Positions 11,018-19,689 of a DNA stretch of 64,000 nt are shown here, piece after piece; positions within the stretch are counted from its first letter, which is position 1; each line of letters begins with the position of its first letter. The stretch is taken from NCBI GenBank assembly GCA_034520565.1, contig JAXHNL010000002.1:736001-800000 (forward strand). The letters are read 5' to 3'. Below the pieces are notes generated by a model that saw nothing but the letters and a program-made list of their open reading frames with translations, did not search any database and had not been told where the DNA came from. The DNA is from Halodesulfurarchaeum sp. (GTDB lineage Archaea; Halobacteriota; Halobacteria; Halobacteriales; Halobacteriaceae). Made by a program: the position numbers and the translations under genes.

Positions 11018-11998
11018 ATGGACCCCTACGACCTCCTGACACGGAACGCCTCGGAGGTGGTTACGGAGGACGAACTCCGGCAGATCGCGGCCGATCCCGC
11101 GGGCAAGCGAGCCTACGTGGGCTATGAGCCCTCCGGTGTTCTCCACATCGGGCACCTGCTGACGGCGAACAAGTTGATTGACCTGCAGGAGGCGGGGCTC
11201 GAGGTCGTCGTCCTTCTCGCGGACGTGCACGCGTATCTCAACGGCAAGGGCACCTTCGAGGAGATTCGGGAGACCGCCGAGCAGATGAAGGCACAGTTCG
11301 TCGCCTACGGTCTCGACCCCGAGCAGACGGAGTTCCGCTATGGCTCGGAGTTCCAGCTCGAGGAGGCGTACGTCCTCGACCTCCACACCCTGGCCCTCAA
11401 GACCTCGCTCAACCGCGCCCAGCGAGCGATGGCCGAGATCCAGAGTGGCGAGACGGTCACGGTCTCCCACGTGATCTATCCGCTGATGCAGGTGCTCGAC
11501 ATCGAGTATCTTGACCTCGATCTCGCGGTCGGCGGGCTGGACCAGCGGAAGGTCCACATGCTCGCCCGGGAGGAACTCCCGAGTCTGGGATATGACGTCC
11601 GCCCCGCGATCCACACCCCGATATTGGGCGACCTGACGACCGGCGAAGGGAAGATGTCCTCCAGCGAGGGCCTCACTCTCTCGATGGAGGATTCGACGGA
11701 CGCCATCGAGGAGAAGGTCAACAAGGCGTTCTGTCCGCCGACCCGGGACCCCGAGGGGGAGAAAGTGAACCCGGTGCTCGAACTCTTCGCGTACCAGATC
11801 TTCCCCCGCTTCGAGACGGTGCGGATCGAACGTCCCGAGGAGTACGGCGGCGACCTGACCTACGAGGACTACGAGGCACTTGCCGAGGACCTCGAATCAG
11901 GCGACCTCCATCCGGCGGACGCCAAGTCCGCGCTGGCGAGCCACCTCGATGACTTGATCGCCCCGGGTCGAACGCGGTTGCGGGAGCTTCGGGAGTAA
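11018..11998 (+). CDS. tyrS: Tyrosine--tRNA ligase
   Basis: YVGYEPSGVLHIGH (HIGH), YPLMQ, GGLDQRKVHMLARE, KMSSS. Confidence 0.97.
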   Translation: MDPYDLLTRNASEVVTEDELRQIAADPAGKRAYVGYEPSGVLHIGHLLTANKLIDLQEAGLEVVVLLADVHAYLNGKGTFEEIRETAEQMKAQFVAYGLDPEQTEFRYGSEFQLEEAYVLDLHTLALKTSLNRAQRAMAEIQSGETVTVSHVIYPLMQVLDIEYLDLDLAVGGLDQRKVHMLAREELPSLGYDVRPAIHTPILGDLTTGEGKMSSSEGLTLSMEDSTDAIEEKVNKAFCPPTRDPEGEKVNPVLELFAYQIFPRFETVRIERPEEYGGDLTYEDYEALAEDLESGDLHPADAKSALASHLDDLIAPGRTRLRELRE

Positions 11999-12540
11999 TC
12001 AGATCGCAGGATCGACGTCGCTGGTAGTGCTATCCCCCGAGCGGACTTCATCGATCAGGGCGTCGACCCGTTCCTCGATCTCGTCTCTGATCTCCCGGAT
12101 CGTCTCCGGGGGCTTGCCGTCCGGATCCTCGAGGTCCCAGTCCCGGTTCTCCCCGGCCCACCCGGCCGGACAGACGTCCTCGGCCGAACAGCCCATGGTG
12201 ATGACGTAATCGCTGTCACGGGTCTCCTCGAACGTGATCTCCCGTGGGGTACGGTTCCGCAGGTCGAACCCCACCTCGTCCATCGTCTCGATGACGCCCG
12301 CGTGAACGTGGTCGGCGGGCCGGGTTCCGCCGGTGAGCAGTTCGATCTCCCCCTCGAGGTCGCGCTCGGCGACCGCTCGCTGGGCGAAGGCGTAGGCCAT
12401 CTGGGAGCGACCGGCGTTTTGCACGCAGACGAACGCGCCGCGAGCCGCCTCGGCTCCTCGAAGGCGGCCATTGGACGCCCGGCGTTCTGCACGCAGACGA
12501 ACGCAATATGAACAGCTTCGGACGTATCGCTCGAGTTCAT
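11999..12540 (-). CDS. arsC: Arsenate reductase / LMW phosphatase family protein, with an internal duplication and frame break at about 12436-12478
   Basis: CVQNAGRSQMA P-loop, VITMGC, DWDLEDP. The N-terminus MNSSDTSEAVHIAFVCVQNAGR is in a different frame because the P-loop segment occurs twice. Confidence 0.85.
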
Positions 12541-12717
12541 CCCGTGGTCGTTCGTCGGGCGAGGTTAAAACGAGTCGGCGCTGCGTTGCCGGGATTAGGG
12601 ACCTTCCCGTACAGTCTTCGATCCCCACGGAGACGTTCACCGTGATGTGGTTCACCTGGGCAAACGAACCCAAAGTTTCAACGCGCGGGACGCCGCCACG
12701 TTCACGTGGAGCGGATG

Positions 12718-13631
12718 TCACTCCCCTCGCAAACTTTTCATCGCCCCCTGGAGGCCCTGGAGGCCCGAAACGATCCGGCCATTTCCCCGCGGGGGATGCC
12801 GACGTACATCTCCGAGGCCCCGAGTTTGCCGGCCGAGCGGCAGCCGTAACACCCCAGACTGAAGTTCACCTCCCCTTCTTCGTAGGGAAGCGCGGTGACG
12901 TCGCCACACGAGGCCTGCATGCCGGCGAAGTTCGCGGTGACCCGCGGGCCGCCGTCCTCGAAGAGCATCGAATTCGCGACCCACATGGCCTGTTCCGGTC
13001 GGAGGACCAGAACGACCACGTCCGGTTCGAACGGCGCGTTTCCCAGCGGACCGATCAACGTACCAGCCGTCTCCTCGCTCGTTCTCGGAACCTCCTCCAT
13101 GATGCGAGCGGCCGCCTCCTGGGAGGACGCCAAGCCGTGCATGTGGGGGACTTTGCCGCTTGCGACCTTCTCCGGCAACTCGGAAATGCCGAGGGCGGCC
13201 TTTGCCGCTGCACAGGCGTGCCCCTCGGCGGGCAAGTAGAAGGTCTCGCCGAGCGAGCCCATGTGGATCGAGACGCAGTGTCGGACCGGAACGTCGAGCT
13301 GTTTCACTTCCTCGGGCACGTCCCCATTCCCGTTCACGAGTTTGATTCCGACCGGGTGTTTCTCGAGATCGAGGATCTCCTGAAGGCTTTCGGCCCAGTC
13401 GACGTACCGTTGTTCGGCTTCGAACTCCACGTCGTACTCGGTACCGTTTCGCTCCTTTCGGATATCGATCGCGTCCGTGGGACACTGGTCGGCACACACC
13501 CCGCACAGCGTACACGCCGATTCGTCGGCCAGAACCGGCCGGCCGTCGTCCATTTCGAAGACATCGGCGGGACAGATCTCGGCACATGTCCCACACCCGA
13601 TACAGTCCTGCTGTTGTATTTGGATGGACAT
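12718..13631 (-). CDS. 2x[4Fe-4S] ferredoxin fused to a DUF169 domain, with a probable 1-nt frameshift near 12775
   Basis: CIGCGTCAEICP and CTLCGVCADQCP, then PVGIK, RHC, PDVVV..PEQAM, QASCGD, SLGCYGCR. Adding one C restores the end RIVSGLQGLQGAMKSLRGE*. Confidence 0.8.
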
Positions 13632-13643
13632 TTTCGTTTGGAG

Positions 13644-13988
13644 TCAGGCTGACTGGGTGCCAGTTTCCGTCCGTCGTTCGATCTCCTCGCGGGCCCTGGC
13701 AACGAGTTCGTGTTCCTGGATCGATTCGTGGACGCGTTCTTCGGGTGGGAACGCTATTGCGCCGGTCGGGCAGTAGGTTCCACAGGTCGAACAGCCCACT
13801 TTACACTGGAGCGGGTTTTCGACGACGGCCACCTCGCTTTCGGCGTCGTATGCGAGCACGTCTCGTCCACAACCCATGACACAGAGACCACAGCCCGCAC
13901 AGGTTTCCTCGTCCAGGGTCGGGTGCCAGTCGATTTCGTTCCTGTCCACGCCCATCCACGTGGCGAACTTCTCGGGGATGTCAGTCAT
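13644..13988 (-). CDS. 4Fe-4S dicluster ferredoxin-like protein
   Basis: WMGVDRNEIDWHPT, CAGCGLCVMGC, CKVGCSTCGTYCP. Confidence 0.85.
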   Translation of the reverse strand: MTDIPEKFATWMGVDRNEIDWHPTLDEETCAGCGLCVMGCGRDVLAYDAESEVAVVENPLQCKVGCSTCGTYCPTGAIAFPPEERVHESIQEHELVARAREEIERRTETGTQSA

Positions 13989-14013
13989 GGTCGTTTGCTG
14001 TTACAAAAAAATT

Positions 14014-14048
14014 TGAAATGAGTGGGCATAAACTTGCCGGCATTTTCA
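14014..14048. promoter_or_regulatory. Imperfect palindrome (candidate operator) over the promoter of the ferredoxin-DUF169-arsC unit
   Basis: TGAAATG..GGCA-taaact-TGCC..CATTTTCA surrounding a minus-strand TTTATG TATA-like box. Confidence 0.45.
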
Positions 14049-14208
14049 CGACGGTGACAAGCGATGTGTCACTCTCGTCAGTGGAGTTCTCTCCCGGGGA
14101 CCAGTTACTGACCGAGCCGTTGCCTTCGAGGACGGGTTCGGATCATTCACCGACTCTGGTGACCCGATATGGGCCGCCCAACACTGGAAACCATCGCTAC
14201 CGGGTCGT

Positions 14209-15453
14209 TCAGCGACGCGCCGCGAACGATTTTGGAAGCCGTCGATACCACTCGGCGGTTCGTTCGAGTGCCTCGATGGGGACGAACTCGTCGACGGCGT
14301 GGGCCGTATCGCTGCCGATAGCACACTCGACGGTCGGAATACCCACAGTCCGGAGTTTCTTCGCGTCGCCACCACCGGTGGCACAGCGGGAAAGCGGCCG
14401 AGCTGAAAGGACCTCCCCGGCGGCTGCGGTGACGGCCTGGACGAGTGGTGAGTCGGGATCGACGTAGGTGCCCTCCGCCCAGGAGACGGACCGAATTTCG
14501 ACGTGTTCCCGGCCTGCGATACACGCCCGGATGTCCTCGAGGACCGTCTCGGTGGACGCGCCGGGTGTCACCCGAACGTCGAGTTCGGCGGTCGCAGTCC
14601 GGGGGACGCTGTTGACGGTATCGCCCCCGACCAGTCGTCCGAGGTTGAACGTCGGGTGCTCGAACAGTTCCTCGAGGTGTGTCCCCGCACCGCACGGACA
14701 GGAGTCGTAGTACGCCCGGGACTCCTCGAGGATCCGTTCGACTGCCGGGTCGAACGTCAGTTGGCGTGACGTGATCGACTCGCGACAGGCATCGATCACA
14801 GAGTAGAGGTGATCGATCGCGTTCTCGCCGTTCATCGGTCGGGATCCATGGGCGGCCAGGCCGGTCGCCTCCAGGGTCAACCAGATCCGCCCCTTGTCGG
14901 CGACGGCGATCGAACAGGCATCCTCGACGCAGGTCGTCTCGCCGACGACGGCCGCATCGGCGGTGATCGCGTCGGTCTTCAGGACGGCGTCGATGCCGTC
15001 GGTTCCGCCCGTTTCCTCGTCGCTGACAACGGCGAACTGCAAGGTGACCGGCGGCGGTGCCGCGGCCGTCGCAAAATGTCGAAACGTTTCGAGGATCACC
15101 GCGACGGTCCCCTTCATATCCGTCGCTCCGCGGCCGTAGATCCGACCGTCCCGTTCCTCCCCGAGCGGGTCGATCGACCACGGTTCTGGGTCGAACGGGA
15201 CGGTATCGACGTGACCCTCGTACAGGAGCGTCGTCTCCGAATCCCCAGGGAGGGTGACGACGAGGTTCGGTTTCGATGGATCGGGGGCGATCCATTCGGT
15301 CTCGACGTCGAACTGTTCGACGTATTCCCGGACCCATTCCATGGCAGCCCGGGTCTCGCCCGGCGGGTTTTGCGTATCGAAGGCCAGCAACTGTCGTGTC
15401 GTCTCGACGAGGCGGTCACGTCGCCGGGTTTCCGTGGATCGGGTCGCGTTCAT
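14209..15453 (-). CDS. M20 family metallo-amidohydrolase (ArgE/DapE-like)
   Basis: GHVDTVP, YGRGATDMKG, SDEETGG, AAHGS, GGGDA, AHAVDE metal-ligand motifs. Confidence 0.9.
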   Translation of the reverse strand: MNATRSTETRRRDRLVETTRQLLAFDTQNPPGETRAAMEWVREYVEQFDVETEWIAPDPSKPNLVVTLPGDSETTLLYEGHVDTVPFDPEPWSIDPLGEERDGRIYGRGATDMKGTVAVILETFRHFATAAAPPPVTLQFAVVSDEETGGTDGIDAVLKTDAITADAAVVGETTCVEDACSIAVADKGRIWLTLEATGLAAHGSRPMNGENAIDHLYSVIDACRESITSRQLTFDPAVERILEESRAYYDSCPCGAGTHLEELFEHPTFNLGRLVGGDTVNSVPRTATAELDVRVTPGASTETVLEDIRACIAGREHVEIRSVSWAEGTYVDPDSPLVQAVTAAAGEVLSARPLSRCATGGGDAKKLRTVGIPTVECAIGSDTAHAVDEFVPIEALERTAEWYRRLPKSFAARR

Positions 15454-15487
15454 TTTTTTCGGGACGGGAATCTCGTCGGTCCGAATC

Positions 15488-15670
15488 TCAACAACAGCCG
15501 TCGTCGCTACACACCGACCCGTAGTCGATGCCGGTCTCCCGTTCGATGGCCTGATTGCAGCGCATCACGAGGTCGAAAAACTCCACTCGGCCGAGTTCCT
15601 CCCGCTCGGCGGCGAGCGCGTCCCCGAGGTCTTCGGCGGCCGCAATGACTGCCGATCCGTTTTCACTCAT
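15488..15670 (-). CDS. Small Cys-Cys-tailed protein, minimal YlbF-like (recalled as halo-CC-star HcsS type)
   Basis: 60 aa ending CSDDGCC*; ATGA overlap with the upstream gene; acidic composition. Confidence 0.75.
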   Translation of the reverse strand: MSENGSAVIAAAEDLGDALAAEREELGRVEFFDLVMRCNQAIERETGIDYGSVCSDDGCC

Positions 15671-16029
15671 GAGCAACACCCACCCGTCGATCGGGCGAAC
15701 TCCTCGCCGATTCGCTCGCTGATCGCGTCGTTCGTTTGTTCGAGCATCTCGATCAGTTCGGATTCGGCGCGTCGATACCGGGTGATCGTCTCGTTGTCGG
15801 CCATCTCGCGCCGGACGTCACGAAGCTCCGAGAGGACCTCTGGATCGCGGCCACCTCGCTCGAGGAGGACCTGTTTTTGCTGGTACTGTCGGAGCAGATC
15901 CTGTGCGTTTTCGTCCTCGTCGAGGTCCTCGCGGGCATCGAGGAACGTCCGGTATCGATCCGAGTCTTTGATCGCCTCGACGAACGTCCGAAGTCGCGTG
16001 TCGATGTCGGGAGTCTGTTGTTCGCTCAT
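15667..16029 (-). CDS. YlbF/Com-regulator family protein with a Cys-Cys tail (recalled as halo-CC-star HcsL type)
   Basis: AIKDSDRY..F..A...LDEDENAQ.LL..YQ..Q and NETI.RY..AE pattern of the YlbF family; ends STGGCCS*. Confidence 0.8.
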   Translation of the reverse strand: MSEQQTPDIDTRLRTFVEAIKDSDRYRTFLDAREDLDEDENAQDLLRQYQQKQVLLERGGRDPEVLSELRDVRREMADNETITRYRRAESELIEMLEQTNDAISERIGEEFARSTGGCCS

Positions 16030-16036
16030 TCTATGG

Positions 16037-17221
16037 TCAGTCCTCGGTCTTCGACGGGTCGGCGCCGTCGATTTCCGCCGTGGGGGCCGGATCATCCAGC
16101 TGCCCGGTCACGTAGCCGCGCCAGTCGAACTTGCGCTGGAAGTACAGCGCGACGTTGACCAGCGCGAGCAGGACCGGCACCTCGATCAGCGGGCCGACGA
16201 CGGTGGCAAAGGCGACTCCGGAGCCGACGCCGAAGACCGCGACCGCGACGGCGATGGCGAGTTCGAAGTTGTTACTCGCGGCGGTGAACCCGATGGCCGT
16301 CGTCGTCGAGTAATCCGCACCGATGCCACGCCCCATCGCAAAGCTCACGAGGAACATCACGACGAAGTAGATGGTCAGGGGAACGGCGATGAGCAGGACG
16401 TCGGTGGGCTGGGCCACGATGCGCTCGCCCTGCATCGCGAACATCACGATGACCGTAAAGAGCAGGGCGATCAGGGTCAACGGGTCGATCCGCGGCGTGA
16501 ACTCCGTCTCGTACCACTCGGTGCCCTTGGTTCGGGTCCCGACGTACCGGGAGAGGATGCCGGCCGCGAAGGGGATGCCCAGGAAGATGGCGATAGCCTC
16601 GAAGACCTGCATTGGCGTGATGCCGAAGGCCTCGATGCCGGCCGCGAGTCCCTCGAGCCCGAGCAGCCCGGGCATGTAGAGGGCGAAAAACCAGATGTAC
16701 ACGCCGTAGGTAACGATCTGGAAGACGCTGTTGAACGCGACGAGTCCGGCTGCGTACTCCGCCGACCCCTCCGCGAGGTCGTTCCAGACCAGCACCATCG
16801 CGATGCAGCGGGCCATCCCGATGAACACGAGGCCGAGGAAGAACTCGGGGCGGGCGGGAAGCCCGGGGGCGATCCCGCTGAAGAAGACGATCGCCAGGGC
16901 GAACATCACGGTCGGGCCGATCAGCCAGTTCTGAATCAGGCTCAGGCCCAGCACCTTCCACTGAGCGAACACCCGGGGCAACTGGCCGTAGTTGACCTTC
17001 GCGAGCGGCGGGTACATCATCAAGATGAGCCCGATCGGCACGAGGTGGTACTGCTGGATGGGGCCTGTCACTCCCGGCGCGACGTAACCCAGCCCGACGC
17101 CGATCACCATCGCGGAGATGATCCAGACGCTGAGGTACTTATCGAGGAAGTCCATCGACCGGGGATCGCCACAGTCCGGGCAATCGCAGTTCGGCCCGTG
17201 CTCGTGCTCGAGGTCACTCAT
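16037..17221 (-). CDS. arsB: ACR3-family arsenite efflux transporter
   Basis: MDFLDKYLSVWI, LMMYPPLAKV, ARCIAMVLVW, SNNFELAIAVA, GPLIEVPVLL; N-terminal HEHGPNCDCPDC. Confidence 0.95.
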   Translation of the reverse strand: MSDLEHEHGPNCDCPDCGDPRSMDFLDKYLSVWIISAMVIGVGLGYVAPGVTGPIQQYHLVPIGLILMMYPPLAKVNYGQLPRVFAQWKVLGLSLIQNWLIGPTVMFALAIVFFSGIAPGLPARPEFFLGLVFIGMARCIAMVLVWNDLAEGSAEYAAGLVAFNSVFQIVTYGVYIWFFALYMPGLLGLEGLAAGIEAFGITPMQVFEAIAIFLGIPFAAGILSRYVGTRTKGTEWYETEFTPRIDPLTLIALLFTVIVMFAMQGERIVAQPTDVLLIAVPLTIYFVVMFLVSFAMGRGIGADYSTTTAIGFTAASNNFELAIAVAVAVFGVGSGVAFATVVGPLIEVPVLLALVNVALYFQRKFDWRGYVTGQLDDPAPTAEIDGADPSKTED

Positions 17222-17609
17222 CCACACGCACCTCCTCGAGTGCCGAGACGATGGCTTCCGTCGTCTCGGTCGCCCGGTACTTCCGCCACCGACCGTCCTT
17301 GCGTCGGGTGACGAGGCCAGCCTCTCGTAGATCGGCGAGCGCGTGACTGATTGCGCTTTCGCTCACGTCCACGAGGGCGTTGAGTTCGCAGACACAGAGT
17401 TCGTCCGCGGCGTGAACGAGCCCCCGGACCAGGCGATAGCGGGTCTCGTTCCCGAGCGCAGAGAAGACGGCGAGGTCGGATTCGATTCGATCGCCCCGGG
17501 TCCGCTCCCTGAGACCGTCGAGTTCCGTGAGCCGCAGTTCGGTGTCTTCGGGACGACAGACCTCGAGTTCGTTTTCGAGATGGCGCGTTACCCGATCGAT
17601 CGTTTCCAT
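17214..17609 (-). CDS. arsR: ArsR/SmtB transcriptional regulator
   Basis: FSALGNETR, ELCVCEL metal site, SESAISHAL..L..AGLV..RKDGRW. Confidence 0.93.
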   Translation of the reverse strand: METIDRVTRHLENELEVCRPEDTELRLTELDGLRERTRGDRIESDLAVFSALGNETRYRLVRGLVHAADELCVCELNALVDVSESAISHALADLREAGLVTRRKDGRWRKYRATETTEAIVSALEEVRVDE

Positions 17610-17610
17610 A

Positions 17611-17638
17611 TGAATACTTGTGCAATCATTCAATTAAA
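17611..17638 (-). promoter_or_regulatory. Candidate ArsR operator plus TATA box of the arsR-acr3 operon
   Basis: Palindrome TGAAT-ac-TTG-tg-CAA-tc-ATTCA (17611-17632) between the ATG (17609) and a minus-strand TTTAAT box (17633-17638). Confidence 0.6.
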
Positions 17639-17739
17639 GCGTGTTGGTCTCTGCGAGACGCTCACTCCGACCGCGAGCTACCGACGAACGTTCGCATCGC
17701 TTTCGGCAGCCGAGTCCGACCCGGCTGAGTGATCAGCTC

Positions 17740-18111
17740 TTAGGCGTCAAAGGCGTCCGCGATGTCGAGCAGTTGGAACACTGCCGTATCGCCGATTCGG
17801 TAGAAGGTCCATTTACCCTGTCGCCGTTTCTTGACCATCCCGGCATTGGCGAGTTCCCGGAGGTGGCTTGCGACAGTCGATTGGGGGGCATCGAGGATGA
17901 CCTGGAGCTCACAGGCACACATCTCGCCGTCACGGAGTGCTTCGAGGATTCGAACCCGGTGTTCGTTCGCCAGGGCTTTGAACACTGTCAGTTGGGCGTC
18001 GACCTGCTCGTCGTCTGCGTCGAGTTCGAACAACGTCGATATCTGCTCTTCGGGGTTCTCGTAGAGGCGTTCCAGGGTCTGCCGTGCCGATTCCGGTACT
18101 GAGTCGCTCAT
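17740..18111 (-). CDS. Second ArsR/SmtB transcriptional regulator
   Basis: FKALANEHR, EMCACEL, QSTVASHL..L..AG.V..RRQGKW. Confidence 0.92.
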   Translation of the reverse strand: MSDSVPESARQTLERLYENPEEQISTLFELDADDEQVDAQLTVFKALANEHRVRILEALRDGEMCACELQVILDAPQSTVASHLRELANAGMVKKRRQGKWTFYRIGDTAVFQLLDIADAFDA

Positions 18112-18219
18112 GGTAGTGGTCTCGTGTCGACGAGGAAGTCGAGGGTAACGAATTGATATTGATCGGTTCGAAGGAAAAATGTTCGGCTACACTGTGCGGT
18201 TAGCGGTGGCCGGCTCCGC

Positions 18220-19149
18220 TCAGAGGACGACGTTGAACAGCAGGCCGATCAGGAGGATTCCTGTGGCCAGCGTCCCCGCGTAGGCGGCGATCAGTTCCTT
18301 CTGCATCACCTTCTTGAGGATCATGAACTGCGGGAGCGAGAGCGCGGCGACCGACATCATGAACGCGAGGCCGGTTCCGATCGGCAGGCCCTTGCCGATG
18401 AGGGACTCGACGACCGGAATCACGCCGAGGATGTCGGTGTACATCGGGACGCCGACGGCGACTGCACCGAAGACGCCCCACTGTCCGGAGAGATACGTCT
18501 CGACCAGTTGCTCGGGGAGATAGCCGTGGATGACTGCGCCGACCCCGACGCCGACGAGGACGTACGGAATGATCTCCAGGATGATCTCCTTGGCCTCGAC
18601 GTAGGCCTCTTCGAGCCGTTCGCGTCTGGTCGGCTCGTCGATGTCGACGCCCGAATCGCCGAACTCGAACTCGTCGACGTAGCGGTCGAACCCCAGTCGG
18701 TTGAGCGTGTACCCGCTTGTCATCCCGATGGCGATGCCGCTGACCGCATACAGCGCGGTCAGCTCGAGCCCGACGACCCCCGGCAGCACCACGAGGGCGG
18801 CCTCGTTGATCATCGGCGAGACCGCGAGGAACGTGATCGTGATGCCGAAGGGGATGCCCGCGCCGACCATCCCGAGGAAGATCGGAATCGTCGAACACGA
18901 ACAGAACGGCGAGACGATCCCCAGCAGTGCGGCCAGCGCGTAGCCGGTAAAGGCCGTCTTGCCGTCGAGGTAGTCCCGGATCTTCTCCGGCGGGAAGTAC
19001 GTTCGGAGGTAGGTGACCCCGAAGATCACCGCCATCAAGATCGCCAGAATCTTCAGCGAGTCGTACACCCAGAAGTGGGCTGCGGCTCTGAGAGCCCCCT
19101 CGAGCCCGAGTGCGTCCACGACGGAGGTTGCGATCTGATAGAAGACCAT
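18220..19149 (-). CDS. ArsP/DUF318-family permease
   Basis: SPFCSCSTIP, SPMINE, IHGYLP, GVPMY, ALSLP motifs; multiple TM helices. Confidence 0.88.
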   Translation of the reverse strand: MVFYQIATSVVDALGLEGALRAAAHFWVYDSLKILAILMAVIFGVTYLRTYFPPEKIRDYLDGKTAFTGYALAALLGIVSPFCSCSTIPIFLGMVGAGIPFGITITFLAVSPMINEAALVVLPGVVGLELTALYAVSGIAIGMTSGYTLNRLGFDRYVDEFEFGDSGVDIDEPTRRERLEEAYVEAKEIILEIIPYVLVGVGVGAVIHGYLPEQLVETYLSGQWGVFGAVAVGVPMYTDILGVIPVVESLIGKGLPIGTGLAFMMSVAALSLPQFMILKKVMQKELIAAYAGTLATGILLIGLLFNVVL

Positions 19150-19155
19150 CTCGGC

Positions 19156-19398
19156 CTACAGCCGCTCGGTGATGATCGATTCGAGTTCGTCCTCCGACGG
19201 GGTCGAGCCGCTGAAGATCATCTCGTCGTCGATCTCGAAGCCCGGAGTCGACATTATTCCCTTCTCAGCGAGTTTCGCCATATCGGTTTCCTTCGTTACA
19301 GTTGCGTCGAACCCGTTTCCATCGACGACCGCTTTTGCCATCCTCGTGAGTCGGGTACAATTGCTACAGCCCTCAGACCCGTAGATGGTGATCTTCAT
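19156..19398 (-). CDS. Small thioredoxin-like redox disulfide protein (MTH895/ArsE-like)
   Basis: KITIYGSEGCSNC, GIMSTPG, SGSTP; typical partner of DUF318 permeases. Confidence 0.88.
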   Translation of the reverse strand: MKITIYGSEGCSNCTRLTRMAKAVVDGNGFDATVTKETDMAKLAEKGIMSTPGFEIDDEMIFSGSTPSEDELESIITERL

Positions 19399-19511
19399 CT
19401 TTGACCTCCAAAACGGGCGTACTCGCCAGCCTGACCGATACGGCGGCCTCCGAAGGCTGCTGTTCTCATTGCGGCTATATCCACAGTCGTCACGACGGTC
19501 GTTTCTACCAT
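19395..19511 (-). CDS. Putative 38-aa leader/small ORF
   Basis: MVETTVVTTVDIAAMRTAAFGGRRIGQAGEYARFGGQR*; ATGA overlap with the thioredoxin start; TATTTAGA box 24 nt upstream of its ATG. Confidence 0.4.
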   Translation of the reverse strand: MVETTVVTTVDIAAMRTAAFGGRRIGQAGEYARFGGQR

Positions 19512-19689
19512 CTATTTCAACAAAATACGGAACGGTCTAAATACGTTTCGATAAAAATCGATTTGGATTCCAGTTGTCGGTCTCCACTACACGGATGGCG
19601 CAGCCTAAATGGTTCACAACCGTTTGAAAAAATTCGATTCGAATGTTAGCAAGGGGCGTCGACCTCTCCAACCGATCTCAGCAGGGGTG

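Noticed and set aside
15254-17311. Long antisense and alternative-frame ORFs (for example 685 aa here, 605 aa opposite leuS, 645 aa opposite the TRAP permease)
   Set aside because: Shadow ORFs expected from high GC3 codon bias opposite real genes; no recognisable motifs
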